From contig NZ_JMCB01000003.1 of NCBI RefSeq assembly GCF_000737315.1, forward strand, positions 20,001 through 82,000: a stretch of 62,000 bases of DNA, in the 5' to 3' direction. Positions 8,814-20,234 of this stretch are shown one piece after another. The position numbers and the translations under genes are program-made. The notes beneath the pieces were generated by a model. That model saw only the letters and a program-made list of their open reading frames with translations. It did not search any database and was not told where the DNA came from. Source of the DNA: Hyalangium minutum. Its GTDB lineage: Bacteria; Myxococcota; Myxococcia; Myxococcales; Myxococcaceae. Each line of letters opens with the position of its first letter. The first letter of the stretch is position 1.

Positions 8814-9881
8814 TCAGTCCACCTCGAAGAAGCGGTCCGTGTAGAGGTAGTTCATCGCCAGCGCTGTCGCCAGCGAGGTGAGCTTGGTGAGGTACTCGCG
8901 CGTCTTGTCCAGGTGGATGCTCAGCCGCAGCGCCGTGGTGCGCTCGATGAGGTGCTCCACCAGCGCCAGCACCACCGGACGGCCCACGCCGCTGTACTGG
9001 GTGACCGCCTGGATGAGCGACTGGCGCTCGGCACGCACGAGCGTCTCCGCGCTGGCCGGCGCCGTGTCGGGCGGCTCGAACAGGCCGAGCAGATCCTGAT
9101 CCAGGTGCTCGCGCAGCGACAGCTCCACGCGCTCCTCGAGCTGGCGCTGGCGGTAGTGATCGAGGACCGTCTCCTCCATGTCCTCCACGTCCAGATCACG
9201 CTCGGCCAGCTGCACCAGCGGCGAGGTGCGTCCCACGCGCTGAATGACCTTCTCCATGTACTCGAGCTTCTTGAGCGCGGCCCAGCCCGCGTATCGCTTG
9301 CGCCAGTCCAGGCCGGGCGTCAGGAAGACCGCGAACGTCTCGGCGAAGTCCTCGTCCGGATGCTTCTGCGCGTACCAGCCGGAGATGTGCACCACGTACT
9401 TCCGGCTGAACGGGCGCGGCTTGTACGTCTCGTCGTAGGGCTTGGAGTAGTCCCCGAAAATCTTCCGCCACTCGTCCGTGTCGTAGAGGCGATAGGCGTA
9501 GTTGAAGGCGTGCCCGGCCTCGTGGCGCAGGTACATGAGGATCTCGCGCTCCGTCTCCGCGTCGCCGCTCAGCTCCGCCTCGATGGAGTGCAGGCGAGGG
9601 TCCGCCAGGTAGAACGGCAGCCCGATGACAGGCACGCCGGACGGGCAGCCCCACTGATCCGACAGGTAGCACTCCGGCCGGAACGAGATGGCCTTGCTCT
9701 CCAGCTCGCTGTAGAGCTGCTGGATGTAGCGCTCGAGGGCCGTGCCCTTCAGGTGGAGCCTCAGGTCCTTGATGCGGGCCTGGAGCAGTGCCTCGCGCTC
9801 GGGACGGCGCGGGGAGTCGGCCGCCTCGTGCGGGTCGGCCAGGGTCTTTTCTCGGAAGGTGATCTGGGAAGGTTGGAGCAT
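8814..9881 (-). CDS. Putative zinc-binding metallopeptidase (Peptidase_Mx-like)
   Basis: LRHEAGH zincin motif and YAQKHPDEDFAETFA. Confidence 0.8.
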   Translation of the reverse strand: MLQPSQITFREKTLADPHEAADSPRRPEREALLQARIKDLRLHLKGTALERYIQQLYSELESKAISFRPECYLSDQWGCPSGVPVIGLPFYLADPRLHSIEAELSGDAETEREILMYLRHEAGHAFNYAYRLYDTDEWRKIFGDYSKPYDETYKPRPFSRKYVVHISGWYAQKHPDEDFAETFAVFLTPGLDWRKRYAGWAALKKLEYMEKVIQRVGRTSPLVQLAERDLDVEDMEETVLDHYRQRQLEERVELSLREHLDQDLLGLFEPPDTAPASAETLVRAERQSLIQAVTQYSGVGRPVVLALVEHLIERTTALRLSIHLDKTREYLTKLTSLATALAMNYLYTDRFFEVD

Positions 9882-9998
9882 CGGGTCCCCAAGGGGCCCC
9901 GAAGTCTAATGGCGAGCCCTGGGGGGTAAATTGGCTTGCCCCCAGCTACATGCAAAGGGTTGAAAAGACTGAATAATATGGGCACAAACCAGCTTGCC

Positions 9999-10019
9999 GG
10001 GCCGGTGGGAGACCGGCCC
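9999..10019. terminator. GC-rich hairpin downstream of the kinase gene
   Basis: GGGCCGGT-GGGAG-ACCGGCCC inverted repeat; weak U tract. Confidence 0.35.
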
Positions 10020-10048
10020 AGCGAGGGGTGCCCAGGTAGGCAGGAGGG

Positions 10049-11761
<1,713 letters not shown>

Positions 11762-11883
11762 TGGCCGCGGAGTATAGGCAAGCCGTGGCTAGGGTCCCAA
11801 GGGGGTAGAGCGGCGGTTGGGGGGCAAGCAGGCAATCATCCTGTTCCCGGCGGCGCTCCGGGCTGTTACATCCCCCAGCCGCC

Positions 11884-13857
11884 ATGAGCCTCCTCATCGC
11901 CCAGGATGTCTGCCTCTCCTACGGGAAGAAGGTCCTCTTCGACGACGCCAGCTTCACGATCGGCCCCCGGGATCGGGTAGGCCTGGTGGGAGCGAACGGG
12001 ACGGGCAAGAGCTCGTTGATGAAGATCATCGCGGGCGCGCAGCACGCGGACTCGGGAACGCTGACGTTCGCCCGAGGGACGCGCATCGGCTACCTGCCGC
12101 AGGAACTGGCGGGGCTTCCCTCCGGGACGGTGGTGGAGGCGGTGCTGAGCACCGTGCCGGGCCGCGACTCGCTGGAGGCCCGGCTGAAGAGCACCGAGAA
12201 GGCGCTCGCTGAGGCCCCGGACGAGGAGACCCAGCTGGAGCTGTCCCAGGAACTGGCGGACCTGCACGCGGAGCTGGATCACTTCGAGGACCACTACGGC
12301 CGGCACCACGCCGAGCGGATCCTCAAGGGCCTGGGCTTCCGGGACGCGGACTTGGCCAAGCCCACGGGGGCGCTGTCGGGCGGGTGGCGGATGCGCGCGG
12401 CGCTGGCGGGGTTGCTGCTCCAGGATCCGGACCTGCTGCTGCTGGACGAGCCCACCAACCACCTGGATGTGCCCACGCTGACGTGGTTCGACGGCTTCCT
12501 GAAGCGGTCGAACAAGGCGCTGATCCTCATTTCGCACGATCGGGACTTCCTGAATCGGCAGGTGGGGAGGGTGCTGGCGCTGGAGATCGAGGGCCTGCGC
12601 ACGTACGTGGGCAACTACGACGCCTACAAGCGCCAGCGGGCCGAGGAGATGGAGCTGCTGCGGGCTCGGGCGGCGAAGGTGGAGGCTCGGCGGGCGGAGC
12701 TGCAGGCGTTCATCGATCGGTTCGGCGCGAAGGCGAGCAAGGCCACGCAGGCGCAGAGCCGCGCGAAGATGCTGGCGAAGCTGGAGGAGGTGCACCTGCT
12801 GGAGGAGCGCGACACGGTGCACTTCCGGTTCCCGGAGGTGGAGCGCTCGGGGCGGGACGTGGCGATGCTGGAGGGGATCCAGAAGAGCTACGGCAGCCAC
12901 GTGGTGTACTCGGGGCTGGACGCGCGGGTGGAGCGGGGGCAGCGGATCGCGGTGATTGGCGCGAACGGCGCCGGTAAGACGACGCTGCTGAAGATCATGG
13001 CGGGGGAGCTGGTGCCGGACGGGGGCCAGGTGAAGCTGGGACACAACGTGGTGATGGGGTACTACGCGCAGCACCACGCGGACACGCTGGACAAGCGGAA
13101 CACCATCATTGAAGAGGTGCGGCCGCTGGCGGCGGACAAGCCGGAGAGCTTCGTGCGCGGGGTCCTGGGAGCGTTCCTGTTCTCGGGCGATGACGTGGAC
13201 AAGCCGATTGGCGTGCTGTCCGGAGGCGAGCGGGCGCGCGTGGCGCTGGCGAAGCTGTTGCTGCGGCCGTCGAACTTCCTGCTGATGGACGAGCCGACGA
13301 ACCACCTGGACCTGGACTCGACGGAGATGCTGATCGATGCGCTGTCGAAGTACGGGGGGACGCTGGTGTTCGTGTCGCACAACCGGGCGTTCGTGAACCG
13401 GCTGGCGAGCCAGGTGTGGGACGTGGTGGAGGGGAAGGTGGTGCCGCACACGGGGAACCTGGACGAGTACCTGTACCACCAGGAGCAGGTGCGGCTGGCG
13501 GCGGAGGCTGCGGCGGAGGCCGGGGAGAAGGGGAAGGGGACGGAGAAGGCGGCTCCGGTGGCGCTGACGGAGAAGGACCGCAAGCGGATGGAGGCGGAGG
13601 CGCGCCAGCGCCGGAGCGTGGTGGAGGGGCCGATCAAGAAGGAGATCGCCCGGATCGAGGAGCGGATCTCGAAGCTGGAGGCGGAGCAGAAGGAGCGCGA
13701 GGCGCAGCTGGCGGATCCGGCGCTCTACAACGACTTCGCGCGGGCCAAGCCGCTGATGGACACCCACCGGGCGGGCAAGGAGGCGCTGGAGACGCTCTAT
13801 ATGGAGTGGGAGGTGGCGCAGGAGAAGCTGGCCGCGGCCTCCGCGTCCCTGGGATGA
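11884..13857 (+). CDS. ABC-F family ATPase (Uup-like)
   Basis: Two NBDs (GANGTGKS/LSGGW/DEPTNHLD and GANGAGKT/LSGGE/DEPTNHLD), no TM segments, C-terminal coiled coil. Confidence 0.92.
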   Translation: MSLLIAQDVCLSYGKKVLFDDASFTIGPRDRVGLVGANGTGKSSLMKIIAGAQHADSGTLTFARGTRIGYLPQELAGLPSGTVVEAVLSTVPGRDSLEARLKSTEKALAEAPDEETQLELSQELADLHAELDHFEDHYGRHHAERILKGLGFRDADLAKPTGALSGGWRMRAALAGLLLQDPDLLLLDEPTNHLDVPTLTWFDGFLKRSNKALILISHDRDFLNRQVGRVLALEIEGLRTYVGNYDAYKRQRAEEMELLRARAAKVEARRAELQAFIDRFGAKASKATQAQSRAKMLAKLEEVHLLEERDTVHFRFPEVERSGRDVAMLEGIQKSYGSHVVYSGLDARVERGQRIAVIGANGAGKTTLLKIMAGELVPDGGQVKLGHNVVMGYYAQHHADTLDKRNTIIEEVRPLAADKPESFVRGVLGAFLFSGDDVDKPIGVLSGGERARVALAKLLLRPSNFLLMDEPTNHLDLDSTEMLIDALSKYGGTLVFVSHNRAFVNRLASQVWDVVEGKVVPHTGNLDEYLYHQEQVRLAAEAAAEAGEKGKGTEKAAPVALTEKDRKRMEAEARQRRSVVEGPIKKEIARIEERISKLEAEQKEREAQLADPALYNDFARAKPLMDTHRAGKEALETLYMEWEVAQEKLAAASASLG

Positions 13858-13878
13858 AGTGCTGACAGGCCCGCGCCC

Positions 13879-14361
13879 ATGAGCCTTCCTCCCGCAGCCG
13901 TCCCCGTCTCTGTCTCCAAGCGGATGGCCGTCGAGTTCATTGGGACGGCGCTGCTGCTGGCGACGATCGTGGGGTCCCGCCTCGTGGGGGAGCGGCTCTC
14001 GGGCGGCATGGTGGGCATCACGTACCTGGTGAACACCCTGGCGACCGCCTCGGTGATCGGCATGCCCGTCTTCTCCTGGCCCAACCCACCGAGAGCCACG
14101 CTCACGGAGATCACCGGTGAACTCCTGGAACGGCATGCCGTCGTTCCGCTCCCAGAGGCGCTGGACGATGCCGATCTGTTCATCACGCTGGGCTCTGCGC
14201 GCGACTGGCAGGCGCTGGTTGACGTCGTCCATGTCCATTGGGAGCTCCCGGCGTTGGCGGGGCTTGAGTCGGCGCGGTCTCATCAGGTGGTGGAGGAAGT
14301 CCGGGTGCGCGTGAAGCAGTTGCTGAGGGAGCTGGGGGTGGAGCGGCTGCGCGGCGTATAG
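13879..14361 (+). pseudogene. Internally deleted aquaporin (AqpS-like)/ArsC fusion remnant
   Basis: N-terminus matches MIP helices 1-2 (EFIGTALLLATIVGS..ERLSGG..NTLAT); C-terminus resembles the LMW-PTP ArsC tail (ADLFITLG..HWELP); no NPA motifs and no Cys. Confidence 0.5.
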
Positions 14362-14432
14362 AGGCGTACACGCAGTCCGCGAACGGGGGTGGCCCCATTG
14401 AGCGAGCCGCCAATCGGTGCGATAGCAAGCGG

Positions 14433-15113
14433 ATGCTCTCGCACTTCGAGATGTTGGGACGGATCGCGGCGGGTGCGCTCCTGGGAGGCGCCATCGGGTA
14501 TGAGCGGGACCGGCATCGGCGGCCGGTAGGGCTGCGCACGCACCTGCTCGTGTCGATGACCTCGGCGACCTTCATGGTCGTCTCCTCCCAGTTCGCTTAT
14601 TTCCAGGGCTTCGAGCCTGGAGGCGGGGTGGAGGTTGACGCGTCCCGCATCGCGGCCTCGGTGGTGTCGGGCATCGGCTTCCTGGCGGGAGGTGCCATCC
14701 TGCGCACGGGGGCGACGGTGCAGGGGCTGACCACGGCTGCGGGATTGTGGCTGGTGACGGCGATCGGGCTGTCGGCGGGCTCGGGGATGTACTGGGAGGC
14801 CAGCTTCGTGACGGTGCTGGGGCTGATCGCGCTCACGTTCCTTCGCCGCTTCGAGGACAAGGACGATGCCCTGGTGCGGCGTCGGCTTGCCCTGGTGGTC
14901 TCGCCAGGGACGGGGATCCATCAAGTCACGGCGCTACTTCAGGGCCTCGATGTGCGCGTGTTGGACATCGAGTACGAGCGCCATTTCTCGGGGGAGCGGC
15001 ACACCACGGTGACTCTGGACGCGCAGATTCCGGCCTCGGTCACACCGGACAAGCTGGTCGAGGGGCTGGAGCAGGCCGAGGGCATCATCTCCATTCATGT
15101 CCGCGGTGCGTGA
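14433..15113 (+). CDS. MgtC/SapB family membrane protein
   Basis: IGYER, GLRTHLLV, RIAASVVSGIGFLAGG and GLTTAAGLW; ACT-like C-terminus. Confidence 0.9.
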   Translation: MLSHFEMLGRIAAGALLGGAIGYERDRHRRPVGLRTHLLVSMTSATFMVVSSQFAYFQGFEPGGGVEVDASRIAASVVSGIGFLAGGAILRTGATVQGLTTAAGLWLVTAIGLSAGSGMYWEASFVTVLGLIALTFLRRFEDKDDALVRRRLALVVSPGTGIHQVTALLQGLDVRVLDIEYERHFSGERHTTVTLDAQIPASVTPDKLVEGLEQAEGIISIHVRGA

Positions 15114-15149
15114 CGGACAGGCTCACAAGTCCCCGGATAGCAGCCTCAC

Positions 15150-15908
15150 TCAGCCCGGAGTCACGCGCCCGCCAATCTCCGGGAAGCGCTCATACGCGCG
15201 CAAGAGCGCCTCCAGGTGCGCGGGGTTGTCGAGGTCGAGCGGCGTCTCCGTAAGCCGAACGACCCACCCGCCCGTTGCAGTGCGCCGCGCCCGAGAGAGC
15301 AAATCCGCATCGCGGGCAGGGTCGGGGAACCCGATGGCTTGTGCAGCGGCTGCCGACCAGTAGTTCAGCCACCCGAGGTGATGAGGAATCGCTGGCAAGC
15401 GAATGTGCTGGGGGAGGTTGAGCGCTGGGAGCCTCCGGGGCGGGACATGCGGCTGATCCATCGAGTGGCGAATTTGTTTCGCCATCTCCGGCGCCACGCC
15501 GTCCGGCAACATGCGCCCCCAGAACGCGCGTGCGCCTTCCGCCACGCCTTCCAGCACATCCGCCGCCGCTGCGATGCTGGCCGCATCCAGCGGCAGCTCT
15601 GCGTGGACTTCAAATTGGGACTGGCCGCCCGCGCTGAGGCGCGCAGGTCTTCCCCACCCCGTCACCGTCACGGGGTAGCTCTCGTCGCCGTTGCACAGCA
15701 GAGGGAGCTTCCCGCGCGCGCTCGCCTCAGCGAGCCACCCATCGCGTTGCGGCAACGCGATGGGTCGCCCCGCCTTTGACAGCTCCCATTCCAAGCGCAC
15801 ACCGGGGAGCGCCCGTTCGATTCCGTGGACGACTGCGAGCGTGCGACCGTCGTCGCCCACAAGCGCAGGCGCGTAGACGATGAGGATCAGGGTTCTCTGC
15901 TGGGTCAT
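15150..15908 (-). CDS. DUF5953-like putative immunity protein
   Basis: ATG at 15908 overlaps the upstream stop (ATGA); PHHLGWLNYWS and TGGWVVRLTETPLDL motifs typical of myxobacterial immunity-like proteins. Confidence 0.65.
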   Translation of the reverse strand: MTQQRTLILIVYAPALVGDDGRTLAVVHGIERALPGVRLEWELSKAGRPIALPQRDGWLAEASARGKLPLLCNGDESYPVTVTGWGRPARLSAGGQSQFEVHAELPLDAASIAAAADVLEGVAEGARAFWGRMLPDGVAPEMAKQIRHSMDQPHVPPRRLPALNLPQHIRLPAIPHHLGWLNYWSAAAAQAIGFPDPARDADLLSRARRTATGGWVVRLTETPLDLDNPAHLEALLRAYERFPEIGGRVTPG

Positions 15909-16618
15909 CGCTTGCACCCCGTGACGACAATGTTGAGGGTGAAATCCCGCTCGAGCAACGCGTTCTTGTGCTCTTGGGTGCTCACCCCAACGACAAAGCC
16001 ATAGCCACATGCCTCCGCTTTGTCTCGCTCTTCCTGCAACAACGGCACTTGCTCCAGAATCGTCTGCCGCCGGATGAAGGCGTTGTACGTGTCAAATCGA
16101 TGGGTCTTGATCTCCCACAGCACACGCACGCCGACTTGCAGCGCATCAAAGCGCTTGCCGTCAACGAGTACGTCATTGCCGGGGTAGCGGTTCGGCGGGA
16201 ACTGATCGGCGCACTGGTTATGCGGGTCATCTTCGCCCGCGTGCGGCACTGGGATGGGCTCGCACTCTGGGCGGCGGCGCTCCGCCGTCACCGGGGCAGG
16301 CGGGTCCCTCCTGTTCGCACTGGACCTCTTTGGTGTGGCGTTCGCCTCCGGTTCCTGCGAGGCCCGAGGCGCGTCTCCGGCCCAAAGTCCCGGCTCCCGG
16401 GTGGGCGGCAACACGCGTTTGTGCGGGCTCGGTGGCAGGGGCTGGGGGCGAACCTGCCCTGGCTGCCCGGGGGTGGGCAGGCCCGTGCCGGGCACGGCGG
16501 GTGGGCGCACAGGCGCCCAAGCGTAGGTCTCAGGCGCCTCTTGAGAGGTGGCGCACCCAGCGACGACGACGGCAACGGCAATGGCTTGGCGGAGTGGGCT
16601 GCAAGTTCGGAAGCTCAT
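15905..16618 (-). CDS. Lipoprotein toxin candidate with DUF6310-like PD-(D/E)xK nuclease domain
   Basis: Lipobox VVVAGC after the ATG at 16618; Pro-rich linker; DVLVDGKRFDAL..WEIKT. Confidence 0.65.
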   Translation of the reverse strand: MSFRTCSPLRQAIAVAVVVAGCATSQEAPETYAWAPVRPPAVPGTGLPTPGQPGQVRPQPLPPSPHKRVLPPTREPGLWAGDAPRASQEPEANATPKRSSANRRDPPAPVTAERRRPECEPIPVPHAGEDDPHNQCADQFPPNRYPGNDVLVDGKRFDALQVGVRVLWEIKTHRFDTYNAFIRRQTILEQVPLLQEERDKAEACGYGFVVGVSTQEHKNALLERDFTLNIVVTGCKR

Positions 16619-16659
16619 TCCACGTTCTTTTATCGAAGAGGGGCGGTGCGGGAACGAGG

Positions 16660-18129
16660 TCAGGGTTCTCCGGACGTGGGTGAACGTGGCGCATCGAACG
16701 TCGCGCGGATGCACTTGCCGTCGTACTCGTAAGCACCCGCACCGCAGGGCGGGTCCTTCTTCGAGATGAACCAGCAGGCCCCCAGGGCCTCGAGTTCATA
16801 GTCAGTATCGCAGGGCGGCTTCTTCTGCCCCGGCTGCGGAGCTTTGGGCATCGGAAGCCCCACCACGGAAGTCGCAGAAAGCACTGGAGGCGCTTGCACC
16901 ACCGACAAGAGGGCCTCCTCCCCCACGCCCGCGTCCGGTGCATCCATCGGCGGCACGTGATGCTCCTCCGTAATGGGAAGAGGCACAGGCTCCGGTGAGT
17001 TTCCGCCATGCCGGAACTCCGTCACTGCGAACACCAAGAGCCCGCCTGCCACGCTCGCAGTGGCCCATGAGAGCCAGAGCGGAAAGGTGTTGCGGAGGGC
17101 AGGGCGTTCGCGCTCCGTCGAGGGCCGTGCACTGCCCCTCTTTCTGGAGTGATTCGAAGGCGTGAGCTTGCGAGGAACCTCGTGCTCCGTGGGGACGGCT
17201 GCCGAAGTCTGGACAATGAGGGCATCCACCCGCCGGTCTGTTTGGTTTGCGGCCCGTTCCAGCGCCCGGACGATCTGCGCAGTGGTGCCGCGGTCCCGCG
17301 GATCCTCCGCCAGCAGGCGGAGAATGGTGCCCTCCAACTCCGGCGCGACTGCCGCGAACTCGCTGGGGCGCAGCAGCTTGCGTGGCTCCTCGGCGCGAGT
17401 CTCGGAGACAGGAGGAGGATAGCTTCCGGTCACCAGCCGGTACGCCGTCACCCCCAAGGCATACAGGTCATCTGAAGGGCGCGCTTCCCACCGGGCCTCG
17501 AGATCCTTGCGGTACTTCCACATGAAGCGCAGCAGTTCAGGCGCGCGGTAGGGCGTGGTGCCCGGCGGCACGAGGGTGTCGGTGAGGGCCCGAGCCTCCG
17601 GGAACCACGCTGCGCCGAAGTCAAGCAGCACCGCCCGCCCCTCTGGGGTGACGCGGATGTTGTCGCCTTTGACATCCCGGTGGATCACCCCTCGGGCATG
17701 CAGGGCCTCCAGGGCGCGGGCCACCGGCGCCAGCACCCGCAGCACCTCCCGGTTGGAGCGCGGCTTCTGGCGGAACCACTCGTAGAGGGTGGTGCCATCC
17801 ACCCACTCCATCACGATAAACGGGTAGCTATGGCCATCCGGTGAGGTCCAGCTCCCGAGCTCGTAGAAGCGCGGAACACTGGGGTGCTGAATCAGCTGGA
17901 GGATGTGCGCCTCTCGCTCGAAGCGCGGGTCGTCTGCCTGTTTGGCCACCTTCAGGGCCACGGGAGGAGCCGAGGGATCATCGGCTCGCCGGGCCCGGAA
18001 CACCACGCCATAGCTCCCGGAGTCGACGCGCTGCAGGAGGAGCCACGGGCCCAGGGTCGAACCCGCCGCCAGCACCTGGGACTTCACGAGGCCCACCACG
18101 TCATCACTCAAGAGAACTCCTCCAGCCAA
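16660..18129 (-). CDS. Ser/Thr protein kinase with TM helix and Cys-rich C-terminus
   Basis: SGSYG, VALK, HRDVKGDN, LLDFG and GTTPYRAPE; start codon uncertain (TTG/GTG). Confidence 0.85.
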   Translation of the reverse strand: MAGGVLLSDDVVGLVKSQVLAAGSTLGPWLLLQRVDSGSYGVVFRARRADDPSAPPVALKVAKQADDPRFEREAHILQLIQHPSVPRFYELGSWTSPDGHSYPFIVMEWVDGTTLYEWFRQKPRSNREVLRVLAPVARALEALHARGVIHRDVKGDNIRVTPEGRAVLLDFGAAWFPEARALTDTLVPPGTTPYRAPELLRFMWKYRKDLEARWEARPSDDLYALGVTAYRLVTGSYPPPVSETRAEEPRKLLRPSEFAAVAPELEGTILRLLAEDPRDRGTTAQIVRALERAANQTDRRVDALIVQTSAAVPTEHEVPRKLTPSNHSRKRGSARPSTERERPALRNTFPLWLSWATASVAGGLLVFAVTEFRHGGNSPEPVPLPITEEHHVPPMDAPDAGVGEEALLSVVQAPPVLSATSVVGLPMPKAPQPGQKKPPCDTDYELEALGACWFISKKDPPCGAGAYEYDGKCIRATFDAPRSPTSGEP

Positions 18130-18266
18130 GGCAGAGCGCCGGAAGGAAACCTACCGCATGGGTCTTATGACATAAACCCACTCTGTTGGGTTGAGGCAGG
18201 AGGAGGACTCCGTCGGTCCTTCACTCCGGTGAAGGCGCCTCGCAGGGCTGGTAGGCTGGGGCCGAC

Positions 18267-18623
18267 ATGTCCACGGACTCCGCCACCCAGCCTGCCGAGC
18301 TCACCCCCCGCCAGACGTTCGCCGGCGTCGTTCAACACTCCGCCAGCTTCGTGGCCATCATCGGCATCAGCGTGCTCTTCCTCCCGTGGTTCTCGGGAGT
18401 CTGGGCCCTCGGCGCGAGGATCGGCTTCTGGGGGTCGGTGGCCCTCACCGTGCTCGAATGCATCCACGTCGGCGTGTCAGCCCTCGCGACCGTTACGCTC
18501 AACGCCGCCGGCAAGCCGCGGCCGGGCGAGAGATGGATGGTGGCCTCCAACGCCGTGCAGATCGCAGGAGCGGCCGCAGGCATCGCCCTGGTCCTCTTCC
18601 TGCGCTCCAAGCTCTGGAGCTGA
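18267..18623 (+). CDS. Small hypothetical membrane protein
   Basis: 118 aa with 3-4 hydrophobic segments and GC3-biased codons. Confidence 0.55.
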   Translation: MSTDSATQPAELTPRQTFAGVVQHSASFVAIIGISVLFLPWFSGVWALGARIGFWGSVALTVLECIHVGVSALATVTLNAAGKPRPGERWMVASNAVQIAGAAAGIALVLFLRSKLWS

Positions 18624-18631
18624 GAGCGCCC

Positions 18632-18928
18632 TCAACCCGTTTTGCGATGAGAGGCGCTCCGCAGGGGAGGGGACTCCGCCGCCGCCCGGGGCTCTGGCGG
18701 CTCCCGGCGCACCGGGGGCTGAGGCTCCGGCGCCGCCACCACCGACAGCGCCGGTTCCTGCGGCGGGTGGAGGAAGAAGCGCACCACGCGATCGAGGTAC
18801 TCCTCGACGGAGAGCCCTAGCTTCTTGGCGAGCTCGACGGTGTTGCCATCCACGAGCACTTTGCGCGACGGCGTCCCGGGTTTCGGGGCGGCCTGCGGAG
18901 CTTGAGGCTTCTGGGATTGCATGGGCAT
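18632..18928 (-). CDS. Hypothetical protein
   Basis: Core DGNTVELAKKLGLSVEEYLDRVVRFFLHP resembles a small myxobacterial family; Pro-rich tails. Confidence 0.45.
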   Translation of the reverse strand: MPMQSQKPQAPQAAPKPGTPSRKVLVDGNTVELAKKLGLSVEEYLDRVVRFFLHPPQEPALSVVAAPEPQPPVRREPPEPRAAAESPPLRSASHRKTG

Positions 18929-19020
18929 TCCTCTGTCAGGTGATTGACATAGGAATGCAGCAAGCCATGAAGATGGGCTGTACTACTTTCGGGGTACGAC
19001 TCTGCGGCCGCCTGCTCCTT

Positions 19021-20064
19021 TCAGCTTCGATGCACGGGCAGCGTAGGAGGTATCGCCCCCGAGAGCGCTCGCATCGCCGAGGCCAGGGCTTCCACCGTGA
19101 CCGTGGACTCCGCGGCGCCCAGGCGCAGCGCCGCCTGGGGCATGTGAGGGGCGACGCAGCTCTCCGGGGGCTGCACGAACGTGAGCCCGCCCGCCCGGCG
19201 GATGGCCAGCAGCCCCGCCGCTCCATCCGAGCCCGTGCCCGTCAGCACCGCCCCCGCCGCCCGGTTGCCATGCGCCCGCGCCAGCGAGGTCAGCAGTGCG
19301 TCTCCCATCGCCAACTGCCGCCCGTGGATCAGCTCCACCTGCAGCTCCCCCGTCGGGAGCACCTGCAGCTGGTGCCCGTCCGGTGGCAGGTAGACGTGGC
19401 CCGCCTCGGGCTTCGTGCCCGTGCGCGCCACTTGCAGCTCCAGCGCCGAAGCCGCGCTCAGCCACTGGCGCAGCCCCGAGGTGAAGCCCACCGACACGTG
19501 CTGGGCGATGAAGAGCGGGTAGGGGAGGCTCGGCGGCAGCAGGGACAGCAACATCGCCAGCGCCGGAGGCCCTCCCGTGGAGGCCACCAGCCCAAAGCCG
19601 TGCACCCGCCCGCTGCGCAGCACCGGCGGCGGTGTGGGGTGGCTCAGCCGCGGCTTGCGGCTCCCCAAGGGAACCTCCGCCATGGTCCGGATCGTGTGGA
19701 TCAACTGCTGGCCGAAGCTCGTCAGGCCCTCCCGGCCCGGCGTGGGCTTGGGCATCACCTCCAGGGCTCCGGCCTGCAGCGCCTTGAAGGACAGCTCCGC
19801 GTCCACCGCCCCGGAGATGACGAGGATGCGGCTGGGCGACTCGGCCATGATGCGCTCGGTGGCGTTGATGCCATCCATCCGCGGCATCCGGACATCCAGC
19901 GTGACGACGTCTGGGCGGAGCGCCTGCGCCATCGCCACGGCTTCCTTCCCATCGTTCGCGGTGCCCACCACTCGGATGTCCGGGGCCGCCGCCAGCAGTC
20001 CGGTGAACATCCGCAGGATCGTGGGCGAGTCGTCCGCGATGAGAACCTGGACTGGCCTATTCAT
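19021..20064 (-). CDS. cheB: CheB-like REC-methylesterase, copy 1
   Basis: IADDS/TLDVRMP receiver; ASTGGP, QHV and GTGSDG; ATG at 20064 with SD GAGG. Confidence 0.88.
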   Translation of the reverse strand: MNRPVQVLIADDSPTILRMFTGLLAAAPDIRVVGTANDGKEAVAMAQALRPDVVTLDVRMPRMDGINATERIMAESPSRILVISGAVDAELSFKALQAGALEVMPKPTPGREGLTSFGQQLIHTIRTMAEVPLGSRKPRLSHPTPPPVLRSGRVHGFGLVASTGGPPALAMLLSLLPPSLPYPLFIAQHVSVGFTSGLRQWLSAASALELQVARTGTKPEAGHVYLPPDGHQLQVLPTGELQVELIHGRQLAMGDALLTSLARAHGNRAAGAVLTGTGSDGAAGLLAIRRAGGLTFVQPPESCVAPHMPQAALRLGAAESTVTVEALASAMRALSGAIPPTLPVHRS

Positions 20065-20234
20065 GAGCACCTCGGAGGGCCGTCGAGAGCGCTGCGGAGG
20101 GTGAATGAATAGCCTGGATCCACATGGGCGTCCCCCCTACCCAAGTAGAACGATGATCAGGGTCTGGCCGTCGTGACTTCCGTGGCGAAGTGTGAACCGA
20201 CCACCACTTGAGCGAGGGCACCTGCCGCCGTGTT

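Noticed and set aside
17884-20112. 742-aa plus-strand ORF
   Set aside because: Arg/Pro-rich off-frame read across several real genes
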